NCBI RefSeq assembly: GCF_006345805.1
Contig: NC_042999.1
Span: 81,654,001 to 81,718,000, forward strand
Reading direction: 5' to 3'
Source of the DNA: Octopus sinensis
Taxonomy: Eukaryota
DNA: 64,000 nt
A program made the position numbers and the translations under genes. Below the pieces are notes generated by a model. That model searched no databases and was not told the origin of the DNA. It worked only from the letters and a program-made list of their open reading frames with translations. Shown here piece by piece: positions 63,690 through 64,000 of this stretch (the stretch's first letter is position 1; the number at the start of each line of letters is the position of its first letter).

Positions 63690-64000
63690 TAGAGTGTGCT
63701 TCTTTTCGTGCGAAACTTTACACAACAACCACGAAACAAACGGTTAAAAAATGTGGACACCCAAACTGTGGAACATGTTTAAACCTAGTTGAAGGCTCGG
63801 ATTTCCTATTCAAGCAGGGTGAAAGGTTCACAATTAAAACCAACTTTACTTGTACCTCTGAGAATCTAATTTATGTAATAACCTGCTCGGGTTGGTGACA
63901 TTGCTCTATAGGACAGACAAGTATGCCATTGATACGGAGAACTACTCTACGTAAAGTGCAAATCCAGTTCCCGCAATACAGACAGATTCCTTTAAGTAGA
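63690..64000 (+). pseudogene. Penelope-like Cys-rich linker and GIY-YIG endonuclease fragment, running off the window
   Basis: CGHPNCGTC...FTIKTNFTCTSENLIYVITCSGW*HCSIGQTS...QYRQIPLS. Confidence 0.85.

Noticed and set aside
63890-63900. In-frame TGA in the PLE GIY-YIG region as possible selenocysteine (reported for some Naiad PLEs)
   Set aside because: The TGA is one codon after the expected Cys position, neighbouring codons are also decayed, and no SECIS can be assessed within the window.

Overview
AT-rich, microsatellite-dense eukaryotic genomic DNA. The repeat families look like those of octopod cephalopods; that assignment is pattern recognition, not a database result. I could not identify a host gene, only two weak candidate exons near 58-59.5 kb. 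The window is a mosaic of retroelements: Penelope-like elements (PLEs) wrapped in inverted repeats and carrying type I hammerhead ribozymes, RLE-type (R4/Dong-like) LINE fragments tied to (TAA)n or (TACA)n tracts, CR1-like and Ty3/gypsy fragments, two Tc1/mariner relics, a Helitron-like element and several tRNA-derived SINE families. The most striking observation is at 22.65-27.43 kb. Two strongly diverged retro-elements, each encoding only an ORF1-like CCHC zinc-knuckle protein (no RT or endonuclease), sit at the same nucleotide position inside two separate copies of one tRNA-derived SINE. Each has a perfect 13-15 bp target-site duplication, and they share a 34-nt 3' terminus. This suggests a SINE-targeting, non-autonomous 'half-LINE' family. 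TSD, hairpin and ribozyme coordinates were counted by hand; the boundaries of degenerate elements are approximate.
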